Shown here piece by piece: positions 34,959 to 42,945 of a stretch of 47,862 nt of DNA. The stretch lies in contig JAFZET010000298.1 in assembly GCA_017560565.1 (NCBI GenBank), positions 1-47,862 on the forward strand, read 5' to 3'. The stretch is from Clostridia bacterium (GTDB lineage Bacteria; Bacillota; Clostridia; Oscillospirales; CAG-272). Position 1 is the first letter of the stretch, and each line of letters starts with the position of its first letter. Both the position numbers and the translations under genes were made by a program. Below the pieces are notes generated by a model. That model was not told where the DNA came from, did not search any database, and saw only the letters and a program-made list of their open reading frames with translations.

Positions 34959-35540
34959 TTACAGCCCCAGTTTTTCTCTGAGGAAACCGGAGACAGCGTG
35001 TCCCAGCAGTGTGTTTCCTTCGGCGGTAAAGTGGCAGTTATCTGCAAACTTGTCGCTGTCCCAGGTGATGGCAAGAGCGAACAGATCATCTACAGGAACC
35101 CCTTCCGCTTCTGCCGCTTCCACCCCGTACCGGTTGTACAACGTCAGTTCTTCCGTTGTGCGGTTCTTGGGTGTGCCGGTTTCGCCGGGATTCATGGGCG
35201 TGGTGGTAGCGAAAAATACAGGTACACCCGGATAGATTTTACGCAGGATCCGGATGATCCGGCGGATATTGCGGGCGTATTCATCTGTAGTGGAAAGGGA
35301 CTCCGGGTCATCGTTGAAGTGGGCGGCGTCCCAGTGTCCGCAGTTGAAATGAACCGCCGCCACACGGGATTTGTCGGTCATTCCCACCCAGCCTGCCAGG
35401 GATTCCAGTACATAGTGGGTACACCGGCAGTTGTCATTGGGGTAGAGTACCTCACACACATCGGCAAGGTCAGCTTTTACGGTTTCACAATATCCTATGC
35501 GGATGGAGTCTCCGATTAAGAGAATCTGCGGTTTTGACAT
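34959..35540 (-). CDS. SGNH/GDSL-family hydrolase (esterase/deacetylase candidate)
   Basis: Block I LLIGDSI near the N-terminus and a C-terminal D-x-x-H-like block (DNCHFT). Strong RBS GGGAGGG. Confidence 0.75.
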   Translation of the reverse strand: MSKPQILLIGDSIRIGYCETVKADLADVCEVLYPNDNCRCTHYVLESLAGWVGMTDKSRVAAVHFNCGHWDAAHFNDDPESLSTTDEYARNIRRIIRILRKIYPGVPVFFATTTPMNPGETGTPKNRTTEELTLYNRYGVEAAEAEGVPVDDLFALAITWDSDKFADNCHFTAEGNTLLGHAVSGFLREKLGL

Positions 35541-35559
35541 GATCTTCCCTCCCTTTGGT

Positions 35560-36960
35560 TCAGTTTTCTCTGGCGGCCAGCTCCCGTCCCATGAGAACCC
35601 CCATGACGGAAGCCATCATCAGACCTCTGGTCCAGCCGCTGGAATCACCGAGACAGTGAAGTCCGGTGATATTGGTATTGAAATGTTCGTCCATTTTGAT
35701 CCGGTTGCTGTAGAATTTCAGCTCCGGGGAGTACAATAGGGTTTCAATGGAAGCAAAACCCGGCACCACATGATCCACTGCCTGAATGAAGTTGATGATG
35801 TTGGTCATGGCACGGTAGGGCATGGCGGAAGTAATGTCCCCGGCAACCGCATCGGGCAGGGTGGGACGGAGGTTGGACTGGGAAAGCTCCTTGGGCCAGG
35901 TGCGCTTGCCGTCCAGAATATCGCCGTACCGCTGTACCAGAATGTGACCTGCTCCCAGCATATTGGTCAGTTCTCCCACTTTCTGGGCATATTCAATGGG
36001 CTGATTGAAGGGCACGCTGAAGTTGTGGGAACACAGGATCGCCAGATTGGTGTTGTCGGATTTCAGATCCTTGTAGGAATGCCCGTTGACCACCGCCAGA
36101 TCGTTGTCGTAATTTTCCTGGCTGACAAAACCGCCGGGATTCTGGCAGAAAGTACGTACCTTGTTCTTGAAGGGCTTGGGATATCCGATCAGCTTGGATT
36201 CGTACAGAACACGGTTTACCTGTTCCATGACTTCATTTCGCACTTCCACCCGGACGCCGATGTCCACCGTACCGGGTTGGTGGGCGATGTGGTGTTCCGC
36301 GCAGATCTTTTCCAGCCAGTCAGCACCTCTGCGTCCTGTGGCAATGACAGTGGTGTCAGCGGTGATTTCCATGGACTCATCACCACGGCGCAGGATCACA
36401 CCACGGCAGATATCCTTGTCCAGCAACAGATCCGCACATTCCCAACCGAACAGCATTTCCACACCCTTTTCCTGCAGGTACAGTTCAATGGCGTGGTAAA
36501 TGTTCTGTGCTTTTTCCGTACCCATGTGCCGAATGGGACAGTCCACCAGCCGAAGACCCGCCTGAATAGCTCTCTTGCGGATATCTTTTACTTCATCTGT
36601 ATTTTCCAGCCCTTCCACCCGGGTATCCGCACCGAATTCCAGATAGATCCTGTCGGTATAGTCAATGGTATTCTGTGCCAGCGTTTCCCCGATCAGGGAT
36701 GGCAGATCCCCGCCTACCTCACAGCTCAGGGACAGCTTCCCGTCAGAGAAGGCACCTGCACCGGAGAAACCGGTAGTGATGTGGCAGTAGGGCTTGCAGT
36801 TCATGCAGTGTCCTGTTCTGTCTTTGGGACAGTGCCGTTTTTCCACAGGCTGTCCTTTTTCTACCAGAACGATTTTCTGTTTCGATCCTTTGCGGATCAG
36901 TTCCAGTGCTGTGAAGATCCCGGAAGGACCGGCGCCGATAATAACAATATTGGTTTGCAT
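35560..36960 (-). CDS. FAD/NAD(P)-binding oxidoreductase (COG2509-like uncharacterized FAD-dependent dehydrogenase)
   Basis: Start at ATG 36960 after AAGAGG. Dinucleotide-binding motif IVIIGAGPSGIFTALEL. The C-terminal GDSSGWTRGLMMA block is typical of this family. Confidence 0.75.
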   Translation of the reverse strand: MQTNIVIIGAGPSGIFTALELIRKGSKQKIVLVEKGQPVEKRHCPKDRTGHCMNCKPYCHITTGFSGAGAFSDGKLSLSCEVGGDLPSLIGETLAQNTIDYTDRIYLEFGADTRVEGLENTDEVKDIRKRAIQAGLRLVDCPIRHMGTEKAQNIYHAIELYLQEKGVEMLFGWECADLLLDKDICRGVILRRGDESMEITADTTVIATGRRGADWLEKICAEHHIAHQPGTVDIGVRVEVRNEVMEQVNRVLYESKLIGYPKPFKNKVRTFCQNPGGFVSQENYDNDLAVVNGHSYKDLKSDNTNLAILCSHNFSVPFNQPIEYAQKVGELTNMLGAGHILVQRYGDILDGKRTWPKELSQSNLRPTLPDAVAGDITSAMPYRAMTNIINFIQAVDHVVPGFASIETLLYSPELKFYSNRIKMDEHFNTNITGLHCLGDSSGWTRGLMMASVMGVLMGRELAAREN

Positions 36961-36994
36961 GTGAATACCTCTTTTTTGGTTCATTCTATGAAAT

Positions 36995-37023
36995 AGTATA
37001 ACAGAGACAGAGCAGAAAGTCAA
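36995..37023 (-). promoter_or_regulatory. SigmaA-type promoter for the FAD/SGNH/AKR operon
   Basis: Minus strand reads TTGACT (37023-37018), a 17-nt spacer, then TATACT (37000-36995), with TGT upstream of the -10 element. Confidence 0.55.
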
Positions 37024-37037
37024 GGGAAGGAAATTCC

Positions 37038-37068
37038 AAAAAGAAAACGGTACCTTTTCAGATACCGT
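37038..37068 (-). terminator. Terminator after the BNR-repeat gene
   Basis: Minus strand reads ACGGTA-10 nt-TACCGT followed by TTTCTTTTT. Confidence 0.55.
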
Positions 37069-37078
37069 ATTTCTGCTG

Positions 37079-38158
37079 TTACAGATGCCACTTTGTACAG
37101 AGGATAGAAGGGAAGCCTTCCTTTTCATACTGCTGGTAGTATACAGTCAGCAAAGAACCGTCGGACAGTTCCACGGATGCCGGGTAACCCAGGTCGCATG
37201 GTGTGGTTTCACAGAGTACGATTTCATCGCTCCATGTCTTACCGCCGTCACGGGTTACGACAGCCCGTTCCCCGAAAGGCTCAGTCCGTCTGCCATACAC
37301 AAGTATCACAGCACCGGAGGAATGCTTCAGCAGGTGCGGCGGGGAGCCCCAGATGCCCATGGGAACCATGTCGCTCCAGGTTTTGCCGCCGTCATCGGAG
37401 GAGGTCTGGTACATGGTGAAGCCGAACGGTACTTCGGCACCTTCCGCACGGATGATACCGAGAAGCCGTCCGTCGTCCAGTTCAATGGCGTGCGGTTCAT
37501 GGAAATTGTTCCAGATGGTGCCTTCCGGAATGTCCAGTTCACCCAGCTTCTGCCATGTACTGCCTTCGTCCCGGCTTTCCCATGCGGCGATGATATGTTC
37601 TTTTTCTTCACCGTAGGAATAGAGTTCTTTCCCCAGATACAGAATGGATCCGTCTTTCCGCAGTGTGGGACCGTGGGGAGAGCTGACCGGCACTTTTACC
37701 GTGGGTCCCCAGGTCATGCCGCCGTCATGGGAGACGCGGATAAAGGAACCGCCTTTATTATGCTCTTCCGGAATGGCAGGATACATATCCAGCACGCCGC
37801 CGGAGCCTGCCCAACTGCCGCGGATAGATTTTTCATAGGTAGTTGTGTATGCGGTGACAGGATGGGAAAACCAGGTTACCAGCATGGTTTTGCCGCCCAG
37901 ACAGAGGATACCGGCATCCCGGTCGTCCAGGTAGGTGTCGTTGATCACCATGGGAATAGACCAGGTTTTTCCCTCGTCCCAGCTTTTGAACAGAACGGTT
38001 TTTCCGAAGGGGCAGATGTGGCTTACCCGGAAGCCGGAGCATACGGCATACAGTACGCCGTCATCGTCTTTGCAGACGGAAGGCCAGCCGTTGTACCGGA
38101 AGAAGGAGTTGGGGTTGTGCCAGATAACGCCGTGTTCGTTTGGATTGCGGATTTCCAT
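37079..38158 (-). CDS. BNR/Asp-box repeat beta-propeller protein, sialidase-like (cytoplasmic)
   Basis: Start at ATG 38158 after AAGGAG. Five Asp-box (SxDxGxTW) repeats: SWDEGKTW, SHDGGMTW, SRDEGSTW, SSDDGGKTW and TRDGGKTW. There is no signal peptide. Confidence 0.8.
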   Translation of the reverse strand: MEIRNPNEHGVIWHNPNSFFRYNGWPSVCKDDDGVLYAVCSGFRVSHICPFGKTVLFKSWDEGKTWSIPMVINDTYLDDRDAGILCLGGKTMLVTWFSHPVTAYTTTYEKSIRGSWAGSGGVLDMYPAIPEEHNKGGSFIRVSHDGGMTWGPTVKVPVSSPHGPTLRKDGSILYLGKELYSYGEEKEHIIAAWESRDEGSTWQKLGELDIPEGTIWNNFHEPHAIELDDGRLLGIIRAEGAEVPFGFTMYQTSSDDGGKTWSDMVPMGIWGSPPHLLKHSSGAVILVYGRRTEPFGERAVVTRDGGKTWSDEIVLCETTPCDLGYPASVELSDGSLLTVYYQQYEKEGFPSILCTKWHL

Positions 38159-38222
38159 ATTACAGTCTCCTTTTCGGTGAGATTTCCTGAAAGGTATTTC
38201 CTGAAACGAATCTTCTATGGGC

Positions 38223-38251
38223 ATTATAACAGAAACAGGCGTGTTTGTAAA
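38223..38251 (-). promoter_or_regulatory. SigmaA-type promoter for the BNR gene
   Basis: Minus strand reads TTTACA (38251-38246), a 17-nt spacer, then TATAAT (38228-38223), with TGT upstream of the -10 element. Confidence 0.55.
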
Positions 38252-38275
38252 GAGGAAACCATACAATATTCCCGC

Positions 38276-38313
38276 AAAATAAAAACCGGACATATCCGAA
38301 AGGATACATCCGG
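38276..38313 (-). terminator. Intrinsic terminator after the secreted-protein gene
   Basis: A 12-bp stem, CCGGATGTATCC-tttc-GGATATGTCCGG with two G-U pairs, followed by TTTTTATTTT. Confidence 0.8.
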
Positions 38314-38331
38314 TCAGGATTGGTGCAAAAT

Positions 38332-39285
38332 TTATCTCTTCTTGGAGAGTGCATAGCCTGCAGCGGAAACTACAGCAAAAACAGCAGCGATCACGCCCAT
38401 ATCAAAGGTCTGGGGAGCGGTGGTTACAGCAGCATTTTCAGCGGCAGCAGCTTCAGCAGCAGCGGCTTCGGCAGCGGCGATGGGATCGTAGTTCAGCTGA
38501 TCGGCGGTCAGACCGATACCCTTGAAGATCTTGACATCGGAAACAGTGGTGTCAACTGCGTTGTAGTAAGCGTGGAAGTATACGCCCATGTTGTCATTGG
38601 CACCGATGGTCATGTCACGGGTGTCCAGTGCGGACCATGCGTAACCGTTTTCAGCAGAATCCATAGCGGCATAAGCAGTGAACTTGGCGGCGGCACCGTC
38701 AAATTCAAACTTGATGGTGATGAAGCCTTCAGCGTCTTCGTAAGCATTCTGTACGCCGAATACATAGTCACTCTTGCTCAGTACATCGAACATAGCGGTA
38801 CGTCTCTGTTCGTAAACGGAGCCGTCACCATTGGTGGTGTTGAAGTTGCCGTACAGGCTGTAGTTGGCATATTCGGAATCGCTCAGTGCCCAGCCGCCAA
38901 CAGCGATTGAGTTGTTCTTGGCAAGGTTGCCGTTGCATCTGATGCGGAAAGTCATGGTGTAGTTGGTGGAGGCATCTGCCTTCAGACCGTCAACAGCGCC
39001 GCCCCATACGTTCATCAGGGCATCGGTACCGTCTGCACGACCCTTGATGGTGATCGCCAGACCGTCGTCGGAAACAATGTAGTCGTGGTTGGCTTCGGCA
39101 TCTGCATCGGAGTTGAGGCTTTCGCCGAAGAATACGCCGCCGGCTGCGAAGTCTGCCAGATACAGCAGATCGCCGTTTGCAGCTTCACCATAGGTCTTTT
39201 CCAGCTGACCGTTCAGTGCGGAAGCGGAAACAGCCATGCTGAGGATCAGTGCGCCTGCTGTCAGGAGTTTGAAGAATTTTTTCAT
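38332..39285 (-). CDS. Secreted protein of unknown function with a sorting-signal-like C-terminus
   Basis: Start at ATG 39285 after AAAGGA. Signal peptide MKKFFKLLTAGALILSMAVSASA|LNG. The C-terminus has an Ala/Glu-rich spacer, then TAPQTFDMG, a hydrophobic helix (VIAAVFAVVSAAGYAL) and SKKR. Confidence 0.7.
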   Translation of the reverse strand: MKKFFKLLTAGALILSMAVSASALNGQLEKTYGEAANGDLLYLADFAAGGVFFGESLNSDADAEANHDYIVSDDGLAITIKGRADGTDALMNVWGGAVDGLKADASTNYTMTFRIRCNGNLAKNNSIAVGGWALSDSEYANYSLYGNFNTTNGDGSVYEQRRTAMFDVLSKSDYVFGVQNAYEDAEGFITIKFEFDGAAAKFTAYAAMDSAENGYAWSALDTRDMTIGANDNMGVYFHAYYNAVDTTVSDVKIFKGIGLTADQLNYDPIAAAEAAAAEAAAAENAAVTTAPQTFDMGVIAAVFAVVSAAGYALSKKR

Positions 39286-39321
39286 GATGGAAATCCTTTC
39301 TGAGGAATTGATTTTGACAAC

Positions 39322-39350
39322 ATTATAGTAAATCCACCTGTAAAAGTCAA
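39322..39350 (-). promoter_or_regulatory. SigmaA-type promoter for the secreted-protein gene
   Basis: Minus strand reads TTGACT (39350-39345), a 17-nt spacer, then TATAAT (39327-39322). Confidence 0.55.
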
Positions 39351-39400
39351 GGCTTGCGGAGAAAGAGGACAAAAAGATACAGAAAAAACGCAAAATTATA

Positions 39401-39436
39401 CAGAAAAAGGAGCTTTCCCGGAAGAAAACTCCTTTT
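39401..39436 (-). terminator. Terminator of the metNIQ operon
   Basis: Minus strand reads AAAAGGAG-16 nt (itself foldable)-CTCCTTTTT, immediately after the metQ stop. Confidence 0.6.
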
Positions 39437-39446
39437 GATGCATTTC

Positions 39447-40250
39447 TCAGAACATGGGCACTACAGCGTTGCCGTAGGTGTTCTGCATATATTCCTTTAC
39501 GATATCACTGGTCATGATTTCAGCCAGAGCCTTGACAGCGGCATTGTTTTCATTGCCTTCCTTGACAACCAGTACGTTCACATAGGTCAGAGCGGCTTCG
39601 GATTCGGTGGATTCGATGGCCAGAGCCTTGTTAACGTCCAGACCTGCGGCCAGTGCGTAGTTACCGTTGATAACAGCCATGGCAACTTCGTCCAACTGGT
39701 CGGGCAGCAGAGCGGCTTCCATTTCTTTGATATCCAGGTTCTTGGGGTTCTTTACGATATCGTTCTTGGTAGCGGTCAGACCTGCGCCTTCCTTCAGGGT
39801 GATCAGACCCTGGGCGGCCAGCAGCTGCAGAGCACGTGCTTCGTTGGTGGGGTCATTGGGAACGGCAATAGCGTCACCGTCCTTCAGGTCGGCCAGAGAA
39901 GCGCGGGTACCGGCGTAGATGCCGTAGGGTTCGTAGTGTACATTGGCAACGGTTACAAGGTGGGTGCCGTTTTCTGCGTTAAAGGAATCCAGATACAGCT
40001 GGTGCTGGAAGTAGTTGGCGTCCACGTCACCGGATTCGGTTGCGTTGTTGGGGGTTACATAGTCGTCCACAACCATGATTTCCAGTTTGAAGCCCTTTTC
40101 AGCCATGGCATCTTTACAGATTTCCAGAACTTCGGCATGGGGGGTGGAGGTAGCTGCTACCTTGATGGTATTTGCGTCAGAACCGCCGCAGGATACCAGA
40201 GAACCGGCCAGCAGCAGAGCGGAGAGTGCCAGTGCAATGATCTTTTTCAT
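39447..40250 (-). CDS. metQ: Methionine ABC transporter substrate-binding lipoprotein (MetQ/NlpA family)
   Basis: Lipobox LLLAGSLVSC|GGS. NlpA-family length of about 267 aa and conserved blocks (IKVAATSTPHAEVLE, NYFQH). It is last in an operon with metN and metI. Confidence 0.85.
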   Translation of the reverse strand: MKKIIALALSALLLAGSLVSCGGSDANTIKVAATSTPHAEVLEICKDAMAEKGFKLEIMVVDDYVTPNNATESGDVDANYFQHQLYLDSFNAENGTHLVTVANVHYEPYGIYAGTRASLADLKDGDAIAVPNDPTNEARALQLLAAQGLITLKEGAGLTATKNDIVKNPKNLDIKEMEAALLPDQLDEVAMAVINGNYALAAGLDVNKALAIESTESEAALTYVNVLVVKEGNENNAAVKALAEIMTSDIVKEYMQNTYGNAVVPMF

Positions 40251-40282
40251 GATGATGTCTCCTTTGTAGGATAAAATTATAT

Positions 40283-40969
40283 TCAGCCCTTGTTCCGGAT
40301 ACGCTTGTCGCAGACCTTTGCCAGATAGCCGAGGCTTTCCTGCATGATCTGCACCAGAATGATCAGGAGCAGGGATGAGATATACATAATAGAGTCGGTG
40401 AACCGGTACAGACCGTACTGGATTGCCAGCTGACCAAGACCGCCGCCTGCGATCAGATAGGTCATGGGAGTGTAGCCAAGGATGGTGGTAATGGTGATGG
40501 CACTGCCCACGATCAGGGAGGGCTTGGCTTCCGGCAGAACCACCTTGGTGATGATCTGCATATTGGAGGAACCCATGGACTGTGCGGCTTCGATCACGCC
40601 TCTGTCCACTTCTCTGAGGGAGGATTCCACCATACGTGCCACATAGGGGGCTGCGGCGATCACCAGATAGAAGATGAACGCATTGTTGCCCAGCTTTGTA
40701 CCGACAACGATTTTAGCCAGCGGCTGGGTCATGACCAGCAGAATGATAAAGGGAATGGAACGCAGGATGTTGACCACAAAACCGACAATGCTGTTGACAG
40801 GGCGGTTGGGAAAGATACCGTCGGCTGAAGTTCCGTAGAGCAAAACCCCCAGGGGCAGCCCCAGAATGTAAGCAATGGCGGTACTGAAGAAGGTTACGTA
40901 CAGGGTGTCCACAATGGCTTTGCCGTACATGGACAACATTTCGGGAGAAAAGATCTCAGCCATTTTCAC
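40283..40969 (-). CDS. metI: Methionine ABC transporter permease
   Basis: Five-TM MetI-type permease with an EAA-like loop (IEAAQSMGSSNMQIITKVVLPEA). It overlaps the metN stop by 14 nt. Confidence 0.85.
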   Translation of the reverse strand: MKMAEIFSPEMLSMYGKAIVDTLYVTFFSTAIAYILGLPLGVLLYGTSADGIFPNRPVNSIVGFVVNILRSIPFIILLVMTQPLAKIVVGTKLGNNAFIFYLVIAAAPYVARMVESSLREVDRGVIEAAQSMGSSNMQIITKVVLPEAKPSLIVGSAITITTILGYTPMTYLIAGGGLGQLAIQYGLYRFTDSIMYISSLLLIILVQIMQESLGYLAKVCDKRIRNKG

Positions 40970-41969
40970 GCACCTCCTCTGCTGTCAGGGTTTCATATTT
41001 CATGCCCCGGGAATCCAGATACGCCCGGATACGGGTGATGGCACCTTCGTCTTCCGGAAGCTGCAGCAGCATCTGACCGTAAGCCTTGCCGCCGATATTC
41101 TTGGTATCTGCACCCAGAATGTTTACAGCTGTGTGGCATTCCAGAGACAGATTGGAGATCACCGGTTCAAAGGAGGACTGACCGTCGAATACCAGACGGA
41201 GTACCGTATTCCCCCGAACTTCTGCCACAGCAGCGTTCTTGGGCAGTACCAGCTCCTTGGCAATGGCAGACTGGGGAGAAACAAAAATGTCCTTTACCAG
41301 TCCCGTTTCCGCCACAGTACCGTGATCCAGTACGGCGACTTTGTTGCAGATCTGTTCCACAACCCGCATTTCGTGGGTGATAACGATAATGGTAACACCC
41401 ATGTTTTTGTTGATATCCTGCAGAAGCTCCAGGATGGCACGGGTGGTGTTGGGGTCAAGAGCACTGGTGGCTTCGTCGCAGAGCAGAACCTCCGGATCGG
41501 TGGCAAGGGCTCTGGCAATGGCGACACGCTGTTTCTGACCGCCGGAAAGCTGGGCGGGGTAGGAATGCATCCGGTCTTCCAGTCCCACAACCGTCAGCAG
41601 TTTTTTTGCCTTTTCCATGGCATCCTTTTTGGGTACCCCTGCGATCTCCAGGGGATAACACACGTTTTTCAGAGCGGTTCTCTGGGCAAGAAGGTTGAAG
41701 CTCTGGAAAATCATGGAAATGGAACGGCGGGTGGTCAGCAGATCTTTGTGGGAAAGAGAACCCAGATCCGTGCCTTTGAAGAGGACTTTCCCGGAGGTGG
41801 GTACTTCCAGATAATTGATACAGCGGACAAGGGTGGATTTCCCGGCACCCGACAGGCCGATGATGCCGAAGATGTCGCCCTTTTCCACTTTCAGGGACAC
41901 ATCCCGTACCGCTTCCACCTGCCCCTTGTCGGTCGGGAAGGTCTTCGATACGTTTTGCAGTTCGATCAC
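40956..41969 (-). CDS. metN: Methionine ABC transporter ATP-binding protein with a C-terminal NIL domain
   Basis: GTG start after AAAGGAG. Walker A GLSGAGKST, signature LSGGQKQRV and Walker B LLCDEATSALD. The C-terminal roughly 95-aa regulatory (NIL/ACT-like) domain is typical of MetN. Confidence 0.9.
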   Translation of the reverse strand: MIELQNVSKTFPTDKGQVEAVRDVSLKVEKGDIFGIIGLSGAGKSTLVRCINYLEVPTSGKVLFKGTDLGSLSHKDLLTTRRSISMIFQSFNLLAQRTALKNVCYPLEIAGVPKKDAMEKAKKLLTVVGLEDRMHSYPAQLSGGQKQRVAIARALATDPEVLLCDEATSALDPNTTRAILELLQDINKNMGVTIIVITHEMRVVEQICNKVAVLDHGTVAETGLVKDIFVSPQSAIAKELVLPKNAAVAEVRGNTVLRLVFDGQSSFEPVISNLSLECHTAVNILGADTKNIGGKAYGQMLLQLPEDEGAITRIRAYLDSRGMKYETLTAEEVRENG

Positions 41970-42126
41970 GACAATACTCCTTTTGTGAACGATATACGTG
42001 AAAAGTCCGGAACAAAGAAAGCACTATGTCCCGGACACTGTTTTGCTGTGAGAGAATCAGTCACACCGAATGGAAGAAAACGGTACATACCCCGTCCCTC
42101 CTTCTTCCGGAATGAATTTCTTTATA
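41970..42126 (-). promoter_or_regulatory. Structured 5' leader of metNIQ, about 155 nt, class unassigned
   Basis: It lies between the consensus promoter and the metN start. It contains hairpin GGAAGAA...TTCTTCC (42072-42108), hairpin TGTGA...TCACA, and a terminator-like stem-loop (42001-42036). Confidence 0.55.
42001..42036 (-). terminator. Leader terminator/attenuator upstream of metN
   Basis: Minus strand reads GTCCGGGACA-12 nt-TGTTCCGGAC, a 10-bp stem with one G-U pair, followed by TTTTCACG. An upstream TTCCGGA could pair alternatively with the 5' arm. Confidence 0.5.
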
Positions 42127-42132
42127 TAGGAA

Positions 42133-42161
42133 AGTATAGCACCAAACCAGCTGTTTGTCAA
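42133..42161 (-). promoter_or_regulatory. SigmaA-type promoter for metNIQ
   Basis: Minus strand reads TTGACA (42161-42156), a 17-nt spacer, then TATACT (42138-42133). Confidence 0.65.
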
Positions 42162-42252
42162 TAGAAAATAGGGAAAATACGGAGAAAACAGCCTTCATTT
42201 CAGATGCACCGGCGCATACTGGCAGGGAAACTCTCCTGCATTCTGCACGGGA

Positions 42253-42945
42253 TCAGACATGAAATCTGCTGGACAATTCGGAGGAAAAGCTGTTCCAGCG
42301 GAAGATGAGCTGAAAACAGAGAATGCCGACGGAAAAACCGATGCTGATGATCGCAAATGGACGGACGTAAATGACATCGCAGAGGTACAGGATACTGGTT
42401 AAGAGGGCACCGAACATACTGAGAAGAACATAAATACCGTAGGTAGAAGCGTTTTTGCGGTCCACCAGGGAGAGAACGAAATAAAAGGTCGTCAGGGAAC
42501 TGGACACAATAGGAAGCAAATAGTTCACGCTCCAGTGCCGCCAGCCGAGAAGGTAGTCGATCCATATACAGACCGCCATGGAAATGATGGCAAGGTACAG
42601 AATATTTTTGGAAATATTCTTGCGTTTGCGATAGCCGATGTTGACAATCAGCCAGGCACAGATGGTGATCAGCGTCAGAGGAATGTACAGTGCCAGATGG
42701 GGGATGAACGCTGTGTTGATGATGTTGATGATGATGATGCAGATGATGGCTGCAAAAGTCGAAATCTTGAAAATCAGGTTATAAGAGGAACGGAGCGGAA
42801 TGATCGGATATGCCTGCGGATCTTCTTCGCCGCCGGTACGCAGTACACGTCCGCAAAGAGGACAACGGTTTCGTTCACCTGTCAGATGCACACCGCATTT
42901 CTCACAGTATACCGTACCGGATCCGGAATTTTGATTCTCACTCAT
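42253..42945 (-). CDS. Polytopic membrane protein with an N-terminal zinc ribbon (resembles what I recall being annotated as DUF6320)
   Basis: N-terminal CEKCG...CPLCG zinc-ribbon motif followed by about 6 hydrophobic helices. Its ATG overlaps the upstream gene's stop (ATGA). Confidence 0.7.
   Translation of the reverse strand: MSENQNSGSGTVYCEKCGVHLTGERNRCPLCGRVLRTGGEEDPQAYPIIPLRSSYNLIFKISTFAAIICIIIINIINTAFIPHLALYIPLTLITICAWLIVNIGYRKRKNISKNILYLAIISMAVCIWIDYLLGWRHWSVNYLLPIVSSSLTTFYFVLSLVDRKNASTYGIYVLLSMFGALLTSILYLCDVIYVRPFAIISIGFSVGILCFQLIFRWNSFSSELSSRFHV

Noticed and set aside
41966-42088. 40-codon upstream ORF in the metN leader, considered as an annotated CDS.
   Set aside because: The SD and ATG sit inside a predicted hairpin. 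The peptide has no Met codons or other attenuation logic, and conservation cannot be assessed here. It is reported as an alternative hypothesis in the findings rather than as a gene.
41970-42126. Calling the metN leader a SAM-I (S-box) riboswitch or a Met T-box.
   Set aside because: Only a GGAGGGAC fragment resembles the SAM-I core. The conserved GGCCC, GCAACC and GGTGC elements, the kink-turn context and the T-box AAnnnGGGTGGTACCGCG sequence are not visible. The leader of about 155 nt is also short for a T-box. It is kept as an unclassified structured leader pending covariance-model search.
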